Translations under genes and position numbers: made by a program
Assembly: GCF_006345805.1 (NCBI RefSeq)
Contig: NC_043010.1
Coordinates: forward strand, 47,554,001 to 47,618,000
Direction: 5' to 3'
DNA length: 64,000 nt
From: Octopus sinensis
Lineage: Eukaryota
The notes under the pieces: model-generated
Seen by the model: the letters and a program-made list of their open reading frames with translations, nothing else
Told to the model about the DNA's origin: nothing
Database searches by the model: none
Shown: one piece after another, positions 23,721 to 37,133 of the stretch
Layout: each line of letters begins with the position of its first letter
How positions within the stretch are numbered: position 1 is the stretch's first letter

Positions 23721-24059
23721 TCATCAATTGATCAGTTTACAAGTATATTCAATCTATGAAGAAAATTAGTCTTTGGGACATAGATATAATTTTAGGTATG
23801 TTAAGTATTGCCAAACGTATTTTGATGATAGTACCAGATTTAGCAAAATAAAAGTGCCTAATTTTGCTCAAAAAGTACCAAAATTAAAAATGCATATATT
23901 TTGCCTATAAATCAACTGAAATGCAAATATATATATACGAGCAAAATGCCCCCCCACCTCCAATGGACGTTGCTGAGTAATCAAACATTTAAACCAAATT
24001 TTCTCAAAACAACTTGTCCGACCGTCCCATAGGCCTCCCCTTTGAGAAACATTGATTTA

Positions 24060-24332
24060 ACCTAAATTTGAGACACCGTGCATTTTTCTCGCGTACGCGT
24101 AGTATCGATTGCAACAGCTGATGTACTTGCGCGTACAAATGCACGTTCCCACGGCTTTATCGATCGCATTCTCACCTGGAATTGATATTTGTAATTTTTT
24201 CAAGACTTATACACGCCCTGATACCGTCGGTATCTACATATCAAATTTGAGCACAATCAGATGGAGGGTGGCCGAGATCCTAGAAGACACACACACAGAC
24301 AGACAGACAGAACGGATTTTATATAATAGATT
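24060..24332 (+). mobile_element. Non-autonomous Helitron/Helentron-associated (HINE-like) element
   Basis: ACATATCAAATTTGAGCACAATCAGATG, (CAGA)n microsatellite, GGATTTTATATAATAGAT end. Confidence 0.5.
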
Positions 24333-24399
24333 TATAATATACAGAGCTTTATTCTAAAGTGACCTACTTAATGTACTTACTTTATAATTAGAAGGTTGC

Positions 24400-24880
24400 A
24401 TCGTCAATAGGGTAAGATTCCTCTTTGTACCAATGTCCTTGTCCTTCTATTAATTTAGCACAAAGCTCTGCATTGGGTGTATAAGTTGCGCAGTTTACAT
24501 CACGAAGAAGACGTTTTGAATGCCGCAGAGCATTGATCGTTCCTGCACATTTAAATATCTTTAGCTATTTTGGAATCAGGACATGTATTCTGAATTAGTC
24601 CAGGTAAATGATCCATAAATCTCACTGATAAGTTATGTTCTGCTACGTTTGTAATATGAACAGAAGTTGTAGGCTGCAAAAAGTCGGTCAGTTTTCTACT
24701 TTTATTTTCTAAATGAACATTTTAAATTTGTTTATCCGTTTTTCCGTGCCTCTCCAGATGAGTTACACTGCCTTGAATTTCACAACAAAATTTACAGTAT
24801 GTTCTTTCGATATTTATTTTACTTGTCTATTAAAAGATTCTCATTTGTCATTTCACTGCAATACGCTTGCTGCCTGCAGC
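24400..24880 (-). pseudogene. DNA transposase N-terminal remnant (BED-type Zn finger, hAT-like)
   Basis: YCKFCCEIQGSVTHLERHGKT...AEHNLS..FMDHLPGLIQNTCPDSKIAKDI. Confidence 0.6.
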
Positions 24881-25789
24881 AACGAACTAACAAGTATTGT
24901 ATTTTCCGCCATATACGACGCAATATTTTTCGTGTGTGTGTGTGTGTTTAATGTATCAAAAGATTGTCCTGCGTGTGACGCCGCCATATAAAGGATGGGA
25001 AACAGTATTGTGGGCTAGAAAGCTGGATGAGCATAAGACCACTAGGTAAAAAAAATTCTAATAATAAAATATTACTTTCAAGTTTTCGGTGGAGGGATAG
25101 GCCAATTAGATTGATCCCAGTGCTCAACTGGTACTTATTTTATTGACCCCGAAAATATGAAAAACACAGTCGACCTCGGTGGAATTTGAACTCAGTACGT
25201 AAAGACGGACGAAATACCGCTAAATGTTTTGCCCGGCGTGCTAACGATTCTGCCTGCTCGCCGTCTTCTAATGATAAAGTGTTTGTTTTAAATTTTGGCA
25301 CAAGGCCAGAAATTTCGGGGACCTGGCTAACTCAATTAAATCGGCTCTCAGTGCTCAACTGGTACTCAGTGACCCCGAAAGAATGACAGGCAAAGTCGAC
25401 CTCGGCGGAACGTAAACTCAGACGAAATACCTATTTTTTTACTACCCACAAGGAGCTACATAATATCTAAATTCCTCCAGCTCCATTATCTCACCTCCTC
25501 CACCATCTCCATTACAGCCACAATCTCCTCAACAACCATCTCCTTCCCAATCTTGTCATATCCCACCAAATCCTTCCATTCCCCACACCTCATTCCTTCA
25601 CCATCACCGCCACCACCACCACATTCCCTTGCAATACCTTCCACTGCCATCTCATTGCCTCCACAAGCACGACCACAATTACTACGACGACGACTACCAC
25701 CACCACCACTACCATTACCATTGCGCACAAAAGGAAAATACAATATCCCATCCAAAAACAAAGTATTAAAGAAAAAATCAAAATATATC

Positions 25790-26180
25790 AACTAGATTAT
25801 GGCTGGCAGATAACAGTTTACTCAAAGTATCTGCCCTCAGCTTCCACCACGGCCTCAAAACGGCTCTGGAAACCTGGCGCATGAGTTCCTCATTGTGTCC
25901 CTGGGAAGATCTTCGAACACCTCCTTGATCTTGACCATCACCAGCTCGGCCTTGGTGTTGCAGGCAGAGCATTTGGTGTCTTTCTCATCCCACAATTACA
26001 CGCACAATAATCTATAGGATTGTGAAATAGGGAATTAGGAAAGCCAGAAATTGGGGATGGTGAAGTCGTAGGAATTATCCGACAACCTCTTCTCACTATT
26101 TCTAACTGTAAGGCATGGAACGAATCCTGCTACCACACATATGGCCTTCCAGCAGCAACCCTTTTCAGCCAGAGATTGAT
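25790..26180 (-). pseudogene. Tc1/mariner transposase C-terminal remnant
   Basis: WLKRVAAGRPYVW.QDS...CNTKAELV..KIKEVFEDLPRDT...FEAVVEAEGRYFE, with frameshifts. Confidence 0.8.
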
Positions 26181-26452
26181 CACACTCTCCAACAGCTTCG
26201 CCCAGCCGTTTGAATTGAGCCTAGGGCCCTGTTCAAAGAGGAAAGGAACTCTGGTGTGCAGACGCAGTCACAGCGCTTACTGTGTCCCTTCTTGCTGGCC
26301 ATGGCTTCGTTGTTTCCGTTGCATGTCACGTTTATCAGCCTTTACAATGTTCGGAGAGCATAGAACAGCAGTTATCATTTCGGCATTTTGATACCCATCC
26401 CGAATCGTGATACAGGGAGAGCAACACTTTTCTAATATTTGGATGGCTTCTA

Positions 26453-26850
26453 AGGCGGCGAGCTGGCAGAGACTTTAGCACGCCGGGCGAAATGCGTAGC
26501 CGTATTTCGTCTGCCGTTACGTTCTGAGTTCAAATTCCGACGAGGTCGACTTTGCCTTTCATCCTTTCGGGGTCGATTAAATAAGTACCAGTTACGCACT
26601 GGGGTCGATATAATCGACTTAATCCGTTTGTCTGTCCATGTTTGTCCTCTCTGTGTTTAGCCCCTTGTGGGTAGTAAAGAAATAGGTATTTCGTCTGTCT
26701 TTACGTTCTGCGTTCAAAATACGCCAAGGTCGACTTTGCTTTTCATCCTTTCGGGGTCGATTAAATAAATACCAGTTATGCACTGGGATCGATATTATCG
26801 ACTTAATCCCTTTGTCTGTCCTTGTTGTCCCCTCTCTGTTTAGCCCCCCA
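26453..26850 (+). mobile_element. CORE-type tRNA SINE (family A), head-to-tail dimer
   Basis: GGCGGCGAGCTGGCAGA head, B box GAGTTCAAATTCC, CORE-like GTCGACTTTGCCTTTCATCCTTTCGGGGTCGAT.AAATAAGTACC. Approximate single or partial copies: 12425-12625+, 13055-13250+, 18815-19010+, 23010-23230+, 25095-25455-, 37895-38090-, 38385-38605-, 40255-40465-, 41025-41235+, 48195-48400-, 48585-48825-, 61490-61700+. Confidence 0.85.
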
Positions 26851-27419
26851 CCCCCCTGTGGGCTTCCGCTTCGCCATATCAGCTTGTTTTTTTCTCAACT
26901 ACAACTCTAATATTTATGCTCTCCAACGCCGTCGACTGTTCACCTAATACTTCAAGCTGTTCCTGAAAAACAGGAGACAAAAAAATATCGCCAAATTTAG
27001 CCCAAACACACTGTAAAACAAAAATTCTCGTTTTTGAATGAGTTCAGGGGAAGAAGTATGAGGGCTGTGGCGGCGATAGTGAGAGTAGTGGCGGTGGTGA
27101 TAGCTGTATTGGTAGTAGCAGTGAGCGGAAAGTATGTGTCAATTTGTGTGTGTGTGTGTTGTGCGCGCGCGCACACGCCTATGTCCACCAGAAGACGGGA
27201 AGGCATTGTTTATTACTAAGGTGGCCTGTGATTGGTAGAAAAATCCTCGCGCCACATATAAGATCACCTTATGTCAGAAATGAAGGTAAAATAAAATAAA
27301 ATAAAACAAGACACCGGTGATAGAGTTTTAGTTTGACGGCAGTAGCAACTGCAAGAAAACGACGACGACGGTGGTGGTGGTGGTGGTGGGTTTTTTTTCT
27401 CCATAGTTTTAGTGATGGG

Positions 27420-27825
27420 AGCATTTCTTTATTGCCCACAAAGGACTAAACATAGTGGGGACAAACAAGGGGATTAAGTCGATTATATCGATCCCAGTGA
27501 TTGACTGGTACTTATTTAATCGACCCCGAAAGGATGAAAGGCAAAGTCAACCTCGGCGGAATTTGAACTCAGAACGTAACAGCAGACGAAATACCTATTT
27601 CTTTATTACCCACAAGGGGCTAAACACAGAGGGGACAAAGAAGGACAGACATAGGTATTAAGTCGATTACATCGACCCCAGTGCGTAACTGGTACTTAAT
27701 TTATCGACCCCGAAAGGATGAAAGGCAAAGTCGACCTCGGCGGAATTTGAACTCACAACGTAACGCAGACGAAATACCCGTAAGCGATTCGCCCGGCGTG
27801 CTAACGTTTCTGCCAGCTCGCCGCC
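27420..27825 (-). mobile_element. CORE-type SINE family A, tandem dimer
   Basis: Two reverse-complement units joined at AATACCTATT. Confidence 0.85.
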
Positions 27826-27899
27826 CTAGTGATGGTAGCATTGTACATTTAATGGTTAGTGGTGATAGTAGTGCTGTTAGTGGATATTATGGTGGTGGT

Positions 27900-28065
27900 C
27901 AGGGCCGGTCCTGGGGTTGATTGTGCCCCGGGCAAGCTGAAGTTCGGCGTGTAGAAGCTGACGGTCGTGGAAATTTCCTTGTCTTTGTCTCGCTCTCCTT
28001 GGCGCCCCCTAGCGTATGGCGCCCCGGGCGACTGCCCGAGTTGCCGGTACCTTCAGCCAGCCCTG
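27900..28065. mobile_element. GC-rich hAT MITE
   Basis: TIR CAGGGCCGGT / AGCCAGCCCTG, 8-bp TSD GTGGTGGT / GTGGTGGA. Confidence 0.75.
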
Positions 28066-28322
28066 GTGGTGGAGGTATGTAGCGTTAGTGGTGATGCATT
28101 AGTTATTGCTGCTGTAGTTTACCTCCGTTTTCGTGGACCCTGACTGAGCCATGACTATCTCAGTTTATTTATTTCAGACGTAGGTGTGGTTGTGTGGTTA
28201 AGAAATTTGCTTTCCAACCATATGATCATGGGTACAGTCCTACTGCGTGGCACACTGGGCAAGTGTTGCCTACAATAACCCAGGAGTAAACAGAAACTGA
28301 AAGAAAAACCGCTGGTTGCGCG

Positions 28323-28381
<59 letters not shown>

Positions 28382-28389
28382 GCGCGCGC

Positions 28390-29048
28390 TTTTGTAGTTG
28401 TTCCCCACCATAAAAGTTGCCTTGTACCGTGCGTGTCTTCTGACGTCGCTCGGACCCTTTTCAGGCATCATGTAAGGGTCTTGAACGCCTCCACCAGAGA
28501 TATGCGAGACACATTCTGAAGGTTGGCTGGTTCTTGTGGACTCCAAACACACACGTCTTAAGAGAAGCTGACGCACTGTGCATTGAGGCGATGGTACACA
28601 AGCACCGTTTACGTTGGGCTGGACACCTCTTTCGGATGAATGATCGGAGGATCCCTAAACAGAAGCTCTATGGCAAAATTGTTTGTGGAAAATGCCTCAG
28701 CGAAAACCAAGACTACAATTTAAAGATTGTGTATAATAATCCTCGTTGAAAGCTTGTGAAATATGGGAGGTCATTTGGGAAGGTAAAGCTTGTCACCAGT
28801 GGAGGAAACAAGTAAAAGTGAGAATGGGTATTTTCAGAAAAACGCATTTTTCATACGGAATTTAAGAGAAAAAATCGAAAAGGCTTCCCCAGTGCAGTGA
28901 ATGGGGGAAGCTTGGCCTGCAGTGTTTGCGGACGTGTTTTTTTTTCAAGATCTGGACTCCACAAGTGTAAAATATAAATTTGTATGAGTGCCCAATGTTC
29001 TTAATGGTCAGTGATGGTCTCTTCGGTCACGAGTAGACATCCATCATG
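28390..29048 (+). mobile_element. 5'-truncated RTE-clade LINE
   Basis: IKVALYRA..., IEAMVHKHRLRWAGHLFRMNDRRIPKQKLYG, C-terminal CSVCGR Zn-finger, short 3' tail ending CCATCAT. Confidence 0.8.
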
Positions 29049-30769
29049 TATCTATGTGTATGTCTTTGTGCTTGTACCCATGACCGCTTGACAATCGATT
29101 TTAGTTTGGTTTATGTCCCTGTAACTTAGCGGTTCGACAAAAAAGACCGATAGAATAAGTGTCAGGCTTAAAAATAAATACTGGGGTAGATTTGTTGATG
29201 GGCAAATTGCAGCCCGCTTCTCGAAAAAGGTTGTTCGTGCCTGGACCAAATCCCTCGAAGCTGTGCCCCAGCATGGCCGTTGTCCAATGACTGAAGTAAA
29301 CGAGGATCAAAGATAGTGATTTTAAGGAAAATTTAACGGCTATTTTTAAGTTTGGCGATAACGTAAAGACGCCTTGTTCCCTTGTGTCTGTTATTTGGCT
29401 CCGAGGAAAGATTGATCGCTCTTTGATGAGAAGCGTTCAAATTGTTATCTTCCCGCTGTTTTAGGATTATGTAAAATTACATTAGGATCCAATGTTTTCT
29501 CCCCTTTTTAAGACGATAGGGTATTATCATCATCATCATCATCATCATCATCTAAGTTAATCTTCCCACAGGTGTATTTGCGTAAGGACCTTTAGTTATT
29601 TTTCTTTCAGATAATCGGGAATCTTCTGGCTTACTGTGGACCGCAACTAAACGAAATAATATGCCCGTCGCTAAGGTTGGTGGGAGCGGGTAGTGGCACT
29701 GGATGGCACTTGATGGCACAACACCCTCACTATTCAATGAAACACCCTCAGATTTAGAAAATACAGTTTACAAAAATCTTCCTGCTATACTTTTCTTGAA
29801 GACTGACTAACATGTCCATCGTTAAGGGGTTGCACTAGACGGCACTACCCTCTCACTATTCAATGGTGCACCCCTACATTTAGAAAATACTGCCCATCGC
29901 TAAGGGGGTGCACTGGATGGCACTGCCCCCTCAATATTCAATGATGCACCTTCAGATATGGAAAATACAGTTTACAAAAATCTTGCTGCTATACAAATTA
30001 GTGCCCACCCTGAATATTCTGAAGTATCCCCAGGCCCAAAAGTTTGGCGACGGCGATAACTATAATAATCTGGGTCAGGTGATGGCAAACTTTTTATATC
30101 TCTCACCCCTTCATGGAATCATCGATAACTTATCGAACCCACTCACGTGGAATTCTAAAACAAAATTTAAAAGAGCAATTATTAAAAAAATTACTTGGCG
30201 GGGAACTGTTATGGTAGGGTTATGATTTAAGGGAAATTTGGTTGCTGTTTTTAGCAGATCAAGCGACCACATTAGATTAACCCACATTGGCTGTCTCGTT
30301 GATAGTGGTAGTGGTTATCGTAGTGTTATGACTGGTGGTGCTGCTGATTTTGGTTATAGTTGGTGGTGTAGGTTATGGTGAAGAAAGGTAAACATTAAAC
30401 CCAAGTAACGTAGACTAATCTTGTTAGAGACCACGTATCGGATGATTCAAGTCGGTGACATGTTACGAATCTCGCGCGTGTATGTGAGTGTGTGTATGTG
30501 TGTAATGTGTAATGTGTGGCTGTGTCTCGTATAATGTGTTCATGTGTACGTGTGTTTGAATTATTATACCTGACAGGAAACATACGGCAGCTTTGATCTT
30601 GGCACGCCCTCCATTCCTTCCCTCCCTCTGTTGTAAATATGGTGGCCGTGTCCCGTAAACCTGTTGGGGGTTTTCTTTGAGAATAACGAGGGGTTTGAAG
30701 AAAAAGGAAGGATAGAAGAGGAATTAGAAAAGAAAGGTGTATGTGTGTGTATGGAGGGGCGTGTTAATA

Positions 30770-31670
<901 letters not shown>

Positions 31671-32759
31671 AAGAGAAGGCTCGTTCATCATGAGTGTTTG
31701 CATGTCTGTTATGACAACGAAGACAGGCAGTAGGGTTAGTTTAGTGCTGTCTAAATAGATTTCCCCCCTCTTCAATTTTGGGTTGTTTTACTGTCCAGTA
31801 GGAAGAAACATCTTGATCAGTCAACAAGCTGTGTGTGTGTATGTATGTAAAGCTCAATAAGTCTGCCTTTAACTCAATGTATGCACAATGAATGAAACCA
31901 CTAAGAGCATAAAAAGAAAGCATGTATACTTGTTTCAGCCGGGGCACTGCCTTGAAGGGTTTGTTGAACAAATGGACCCCAGTATTTTTCTTTGTTTTTT
32001 TTTTTAAGCTTGGTACTTATTCTATCAATCACTTTTTGCTGAACTGCTAAGTAACAGGGGCATAAACAAACCGACACCAGTTGGCAAGCAGTGTTTAGGA
32101 ACAAACACAGACAGAAAAACACACACACACACACATATAGATATATATACAATGGGCTTCTTTCAGTTTAATAAATCCACCCACATGGCTTTGGTCAGCC
32201 CAGGGCTGTCGTAGAAGACACTCACCTACCCAAGGTGCCACACAAGCAAGCTTCTTAACACAGCCACACCTACCCCTTGCATCTTAACCCCATGGCCATA
32301 TCTGTGCCTAGTCTTTTAACCATACCCACAATTTCAATATTTGACTAGGTGTACTTCTTCAATATTACATGATTATGCTCCAGATCCAGGCAGCAAACTG
32401 GCTGGAGCATTGGATGGTAATACCTTGTGGTATTTTTTTCTTTCTGGCTTTATCTCTTATCTTTTATCGTTTACTTCCTTCAGTCACTAGACTGCAGACA
32501 TGCTGGGGCACCTTCTTGGAAAATTTTTAGTCAAATAAATTGACCCCAGTACTTATTTTTTTAAAGCCTGGTTCTTATTCTATTGGTGTCTCTTGCTGAA
32601 TTACTAATGTTACAGGGATGTAAACACACCAACACTGGTTGTCATGTGGCAGTGCAGAACAAATACAGACACAAAGACACATGCATATATACGTGTGTGT
32701 GTGTTATATGTATATATATATATATATAATATATATATATATATATACGCACACATACA

Positions 32760-32817
<58 letters not shown>

Positions 32818-32820
32818 TAG

Positions 32821-32864
<44 letters not shown>

Positions 32865-33984
32865 TTATATATATATATATACACATACACTAAATAAGCT
32901 TCTTCCAGTTTCTGTCTACCAAATCCACTTACAAGATTTTGGTTGGTCCAATATGAGACACTTGCCCAAAGTGCCACACAGTGGGACCAAACCCAGAACC
33001 ATGTGGTTGGGAAGCAAGCTTCTAATCACACAGCCATGCCTGCACCTACTCTGCATTCAAAGAGCACAGGCAGATATAGATTTATCTGTATCCAATGGAT
33101 AAGAAAGATAGTATCTACAAAAGATACACAAAGAAACATAATTGGAAACTACCTCTGTTATCTCCCATAAATATTCCCTGACAAGCACAATGTCAATGAA
33201 GTCATCATTGATCCAGAGATTTGCAAAGGAGTCGATATTGACCGCTGGGAGTCTGTGTGGCCATAGACCAAAGGTTTGCCTATATCAATAACTAAATTTA
33301 TATTGTTCTTTATAAATACACTCCTGAATTGTTCTTTATAAATACACTACTGAATTATCAAGGACATGTTCCCACATCAACAATTTTAGTAATTATCTAA
33401 CCACAAGATTGAACATATATTCTGAAATTCCACGAATACCAGACCAAATTTTAGAAATGCACACTAGCTCTGGATCAAGAGGCTAATGTTAATCTTTCAT
33501 ACATTCCCTCTGTATTCATTTGTTATATAATGAATTTTCTCCATGATACCCAAAACATTAGTCTCCTAGTATCACACTAAAAATACTTGTTTTTAAGATC
33601 TCACCATTTTATTTCCTGACCTAAAAATAATCATAGAAACTTTTCCAAAGCTTTCTACTGGTTCTTCTTTTGCTTGTTTAACTTTTGTAAAATCTTTGGT
33701 AACTTTCAGTTTCATGAAACTTCAGTCTTGTGAAGTCATTTCACATTTTGTTTCTGATGGACCTTTGATCTACTGGGATGTTACCCCAAAGCAAGCAAGC
33801 AAGCAGGCTCTTGGTACATTTTCAGATTTTCTAGTTTTACAGTATTATTGCTTGTTTTCAACAGCCTTCTGCTGCACCAATAGGTATACCTTTGTGAAAC
33901 TGAAGCATTGTCTTTTGACTTTTAGGGATCATCTTCGCATTCTGTGTCCAATTATGGGGTTGATTTGTTGTTTCTGGTGTTATT

Positions 33985-35047
33985 TTAGTGTTTTGCAACT
34001 CTTCTGGACAGTCTCCTCATTTAAGTTGGTAAATGCTGCCATAATCCCTACCTTCAATTCATCTTTGGTGTTGCAAGGAGTTTTGTTGGTCTCTCACTCA
34101 ACTGTACCCCATACGTAATAATCAAGGCAGTTGCAATCTGGGGAGTTAGGTGGCCAGATGTTAGGGGTGATGTGGCCACAGAAATTGTCTGACAGTCATG
34201 ACAGGGGTATCCTGCTTGTGTGGCATAGTGCAGAGTCCTGTTGTCAGACATAGGGTTTCCAGCAGCCACCCTCTTGACCCAGGGCAGCACTACCTCCTGC
34301 AGGCATCCATGTTGAGTCTGAGGCCATGTGGGAAGATGAATGGAGGCATAACATTGCCATCACTAGTGATCGCTCCAAACACCAAAATGTCAACTGGATG
34401 TTTGATTTTTATCACTCTTGGTACATGTTTTGCGTACATGGCAAAACCAAATCAAGTTGGGTTGGAGGAGATATTTGAGTTTGTTCAAAAGCTTAATAGT
34501 GTGATCTTTCCTCTTGTCCTTGCTGACTTGGGATAAAAATTGGCCTTTTCTCATCTTGTATGAGGAATACTGAATGTCTTCATGCCTGATAAGAAAGTCA
34601 GACACTCCCATGTCCCTGGCGATAGACCTGATTGACTTGGAGGGATCATTGTCAATTGTGGCCTGAATCTCACCAACAAATTCAAGAGTTCTTTTCTTAT
34701 CAGAATGATCAGAGTGAGTTTTCTGAGCTGCTGTACTTTTGTATTTACCATTAAACTCATCCAACTCTTTCTGAATCCTCTGCACTGTCCTCAGATTGCC
34801 CTGTCCTCAGATTGACACCCAAACACTCTGAAATGTTCGTATTGGAGCTTCTGGCACAAATGCCAAGCAGTGCAGCATGTCATTTCCAAATTTCTGGCAG
34901 AGTGAATTGTGTCATGGTGCTGTTTTTCTCACAGATGGTGCCCAATTGATCCTACTATACTGTGTAGCTGACAAAATAAAAAATAAACAATGTCCATGCG
35001 CAAAATTAAAAATATAAAATGGTGACAATTTACCCATCGCACCCCGT
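33985..35047 (-). pseudogene. Tc1/mariner element with 5' TIR, 3'-truncated (same family as 25790-26180)
   Basis: TIR TACGGGGTGCGATGGGTAAATTGTCACC. MTQFTLPEIW..., SIRSIARDMGVS, GRPYVWQQDS-like and WPPNSPDCN-like blocks, PCNTKDELK. Confidence 0.85.
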
Positions 35048-35288
35048 ATGTACACAATGGGCTTCTTTCAATTGATGTGTACTAAATCCACTCACAGGGG
35101 TTCCGTTGGGACAATTGTCCAAGGCCCAAGGTGACATGCAGTAGAACTTTGTTAAGTACCCACCATCACTATCACCACCATCTTTCAAGCATTGTTCTTC
35201 TCAAACAGAACATCAATAGTGTTAGCCCCACCAAATAACCCTTATTCAAATCTTCTGTCTTTCTATTTTTCTATTCTTTTAATTTCAG

Positions 35289-35686
35289 ATGACTGTGATC
35301 CCTTCATTAATGAATATAGTTGCCTCTCAATCATACAAAAAGACGATATCTACATAAAAATCATTGATACAGATTCAAAAAATTGGGGAGAAAGACAACC
35401 TTACAAACGAATAGAGAAATATACTAGAAAGGCAAAAAGAAAAAGAAAAAAATACAGAAAGAGGAAACAAAACAAAGATAGAAATAAAAATGATAATAAA
35501 AATAACCAGAAAGGAAGCTCGTCAGTTAATGATACTTCAAGAAGAAAACAATGTCAGACAGGTGCTGCAACAATTGAAGTAAAAAATGAAAAATGTACTG
35601 GAAGTGCAGATTTAAATCCTCCTTCCAACTTGGAAACAAAATTGCCTAGAAAATACTGGACTGTACCAAAGTTTGTGTTAGCTCTG
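35289..35686 (+). CDS. Host gene internal exon (phase 1 to 0): (D)DCDPFINEYSCLS...KRKRKKYRKRKQNK...KFVLAL
   Basis: Acceptor ttttaatttcag at 35288, donor CTG|gtatgt at 35687. 398 nt open in the frame of ORF 35192, non-repetitive, with a basic cluster. Phase matches the next exon. Confidence 0.8.
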
Positions 35687-35714
35687 GTATGTGCTTTCTT
35701 ATTTGTGCTGCACG

Positions 35715-36006
35715 TCGTCGTCGTCTTCTTCTTCTTCTTCTTCTTCTTCTTCTTCTTCTTCTTCTTCTTCTTCTTCTTCTTCTTCTTCTTCTTCTTCTTC
35801 TTCTTCTTCTCTTCTTCTTCTTCTTCTTCTTCTTCTTCTTCTTCTTCTTTTCTTCTTCTTCTCTTCTCTCTTCTTCTTCTTTCTTCTTCTTCTTCTTCTT
35901 CTTCTTCTTCTTCTCTTCTTCTTCTTTTCTTCTTCTTCTTCTTCTTCTTCTTCTTTTCTTCTTCTTCTTCTTCTCACCATCATCATCATCATCATCATCA
36001 TCATCA
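35715..36006. repeat. (CTT)n then (CAT)n trinucleotide array just after an exon donor
   Basis: Read directly. It explains the poly-F/S/E/K/R ORFs. Confidence 0.95.
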
Positions 36007-36445
36007 TTTTCCATGTTGGCATGGGTTGGACAGTTTGACAGGATCTGGGAAGGTCAGGGGCTGTATCACATTCCACAGTCTGCTTTTGCTTATTCTGTCT
36101 TATGTCCTCTCTTATATGAAAGGGTGCTGAAAAGTTCCCAGCTTTTAAGTGTATCGCGAAAAGCCTGGCTGGAGGCCCAACCTTCCAAGTTCTATTACAG
36201 GGCTTAGAAAACCCAAAGGACCATTGCAATAAGTGTGTGAATCTGAGAGGAAAATATATTCAATAAAATCACAATTAACTGTGAGGTATACTTGCCATCT
36301 CAATATGGCTAACCACTAAGGGTGGGTGTTACTGTAGCTTGTAGCCCCAGGAGAACATCGTCTCCAGCTGGCTTTAGGCACACTTTCTGTGCCCTTATGG
36401 TATTTGCAAAGGGAGTTCATCCTTCCCTCGTCAACCTAAGTGATA

Positions 36446-36490
36446 CGCACGGACTGCAGTTTCTAGGTATTGACCTGTCATCAGCGTACG
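36446..36490 (-). ncRNA. Minimal type I hammerhead ribozyme, left arm of the foldback (core intact)
   Basis: CGTACG-CTGATGA-cAGGTcaatACCTa-GAAAC-TGCA-GTC-CGTGCG. 6-bp stem I, palindrome ACTGCAGT, C-A mismatch at the base of stem II. Confidence 0.8.
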
Positions 36491-36655
36491 ACAATCACCG
36501 GTTTTCGATGAAAGGGGTCCCAATGCAAATACTTATATCGTTTTTCCAGTAACTTTTCGTCACTGATACAGTTTTTCGAGATCGGTGACGACAGTTACTA
36601 GAAAAACGATATAAGTATTTGCATTGGGACCCTTTCGTCGAAAACCAGCGATTGT

Positions 36656-36700
36656 CGTACGATGATGACAGGTCAATACCTAGAAACTGCAGTCAGTGAG
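36656..36700 (+). ncRNA. Mutated hammerhead, right arm of the foldback
   Basis: CGTACG-ATGATGA-...-GAAAC-TGCA-GTC-AGTGAG. C3 changed to A, plus two stem I breaks. Confidence 0.7.
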
Positions 36701-37133
36701 TATCACTTAGGTTGACGAGGGAAGGATGACCTCCCTTTGCAAATACCATAAGGGCACAGAAAGTGTGCCTAAAGCCAGCTGGAGACGATGTTCTCCTGGG
36801 GCTACAAGCTACAGTAACACCCACCCTTAGTGGTTAGCCATATTGAGATGGCAAGTACACCTCACATTGTCGTGCAGTTACTGTTTATACCTCGTTCAGA
36901 GATTTATTATTGCTCACAATTAACTGATCATCCTGAATTTTCTTTTACCCAAAGCCAGGAAATTTTCAGCACCCATTCATGTATATATATTTATGAGATT
37001 CAGTTTCAACATTTTTTTAAATGCTTCTAATCTTTGGCTATTCTGTCCTCCCTCATATTTACTTTTTGTTTTCTTCTTAATGCTTCCTGCATAATTATGA
37101 TAACTATGTTAACTATGTTGACATTGACTTAAC

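Larger units (their letters stand above)
36280..36913. mobile_element. Foldback element of inverted PLE-type terminal repeats plus a 47-nt tail, with an HHR in each arm
   Basis: Arms 36280-36567 and 36581-36866 (about a dozen mismatches by eye), 13-nt loop, tail 36867-36913. TSD TCACAATTAAC(TG) at 36269 and 36914. Confidence 0.88.
36117..36979 (+). mobile_element. mariner-derived MITE interrupted by the foldback element
   Basis: TIR (T)GAAAGGGTGCTGAAAAGTTCC / GGAAATTTTCAGCACCC. Same family as the uninterrupted copy at 19629-19850, which defines the empty site. Confidence 0.8.

Noticed and set aside
35646-36229. Long poly-E/K/R/F/S ORFs, including the 3' half of the 312-aa ORF
   Set aside because: Translations of the (CTT)n/(CAT)n array. 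The real coding part ends at the donor at 35686.
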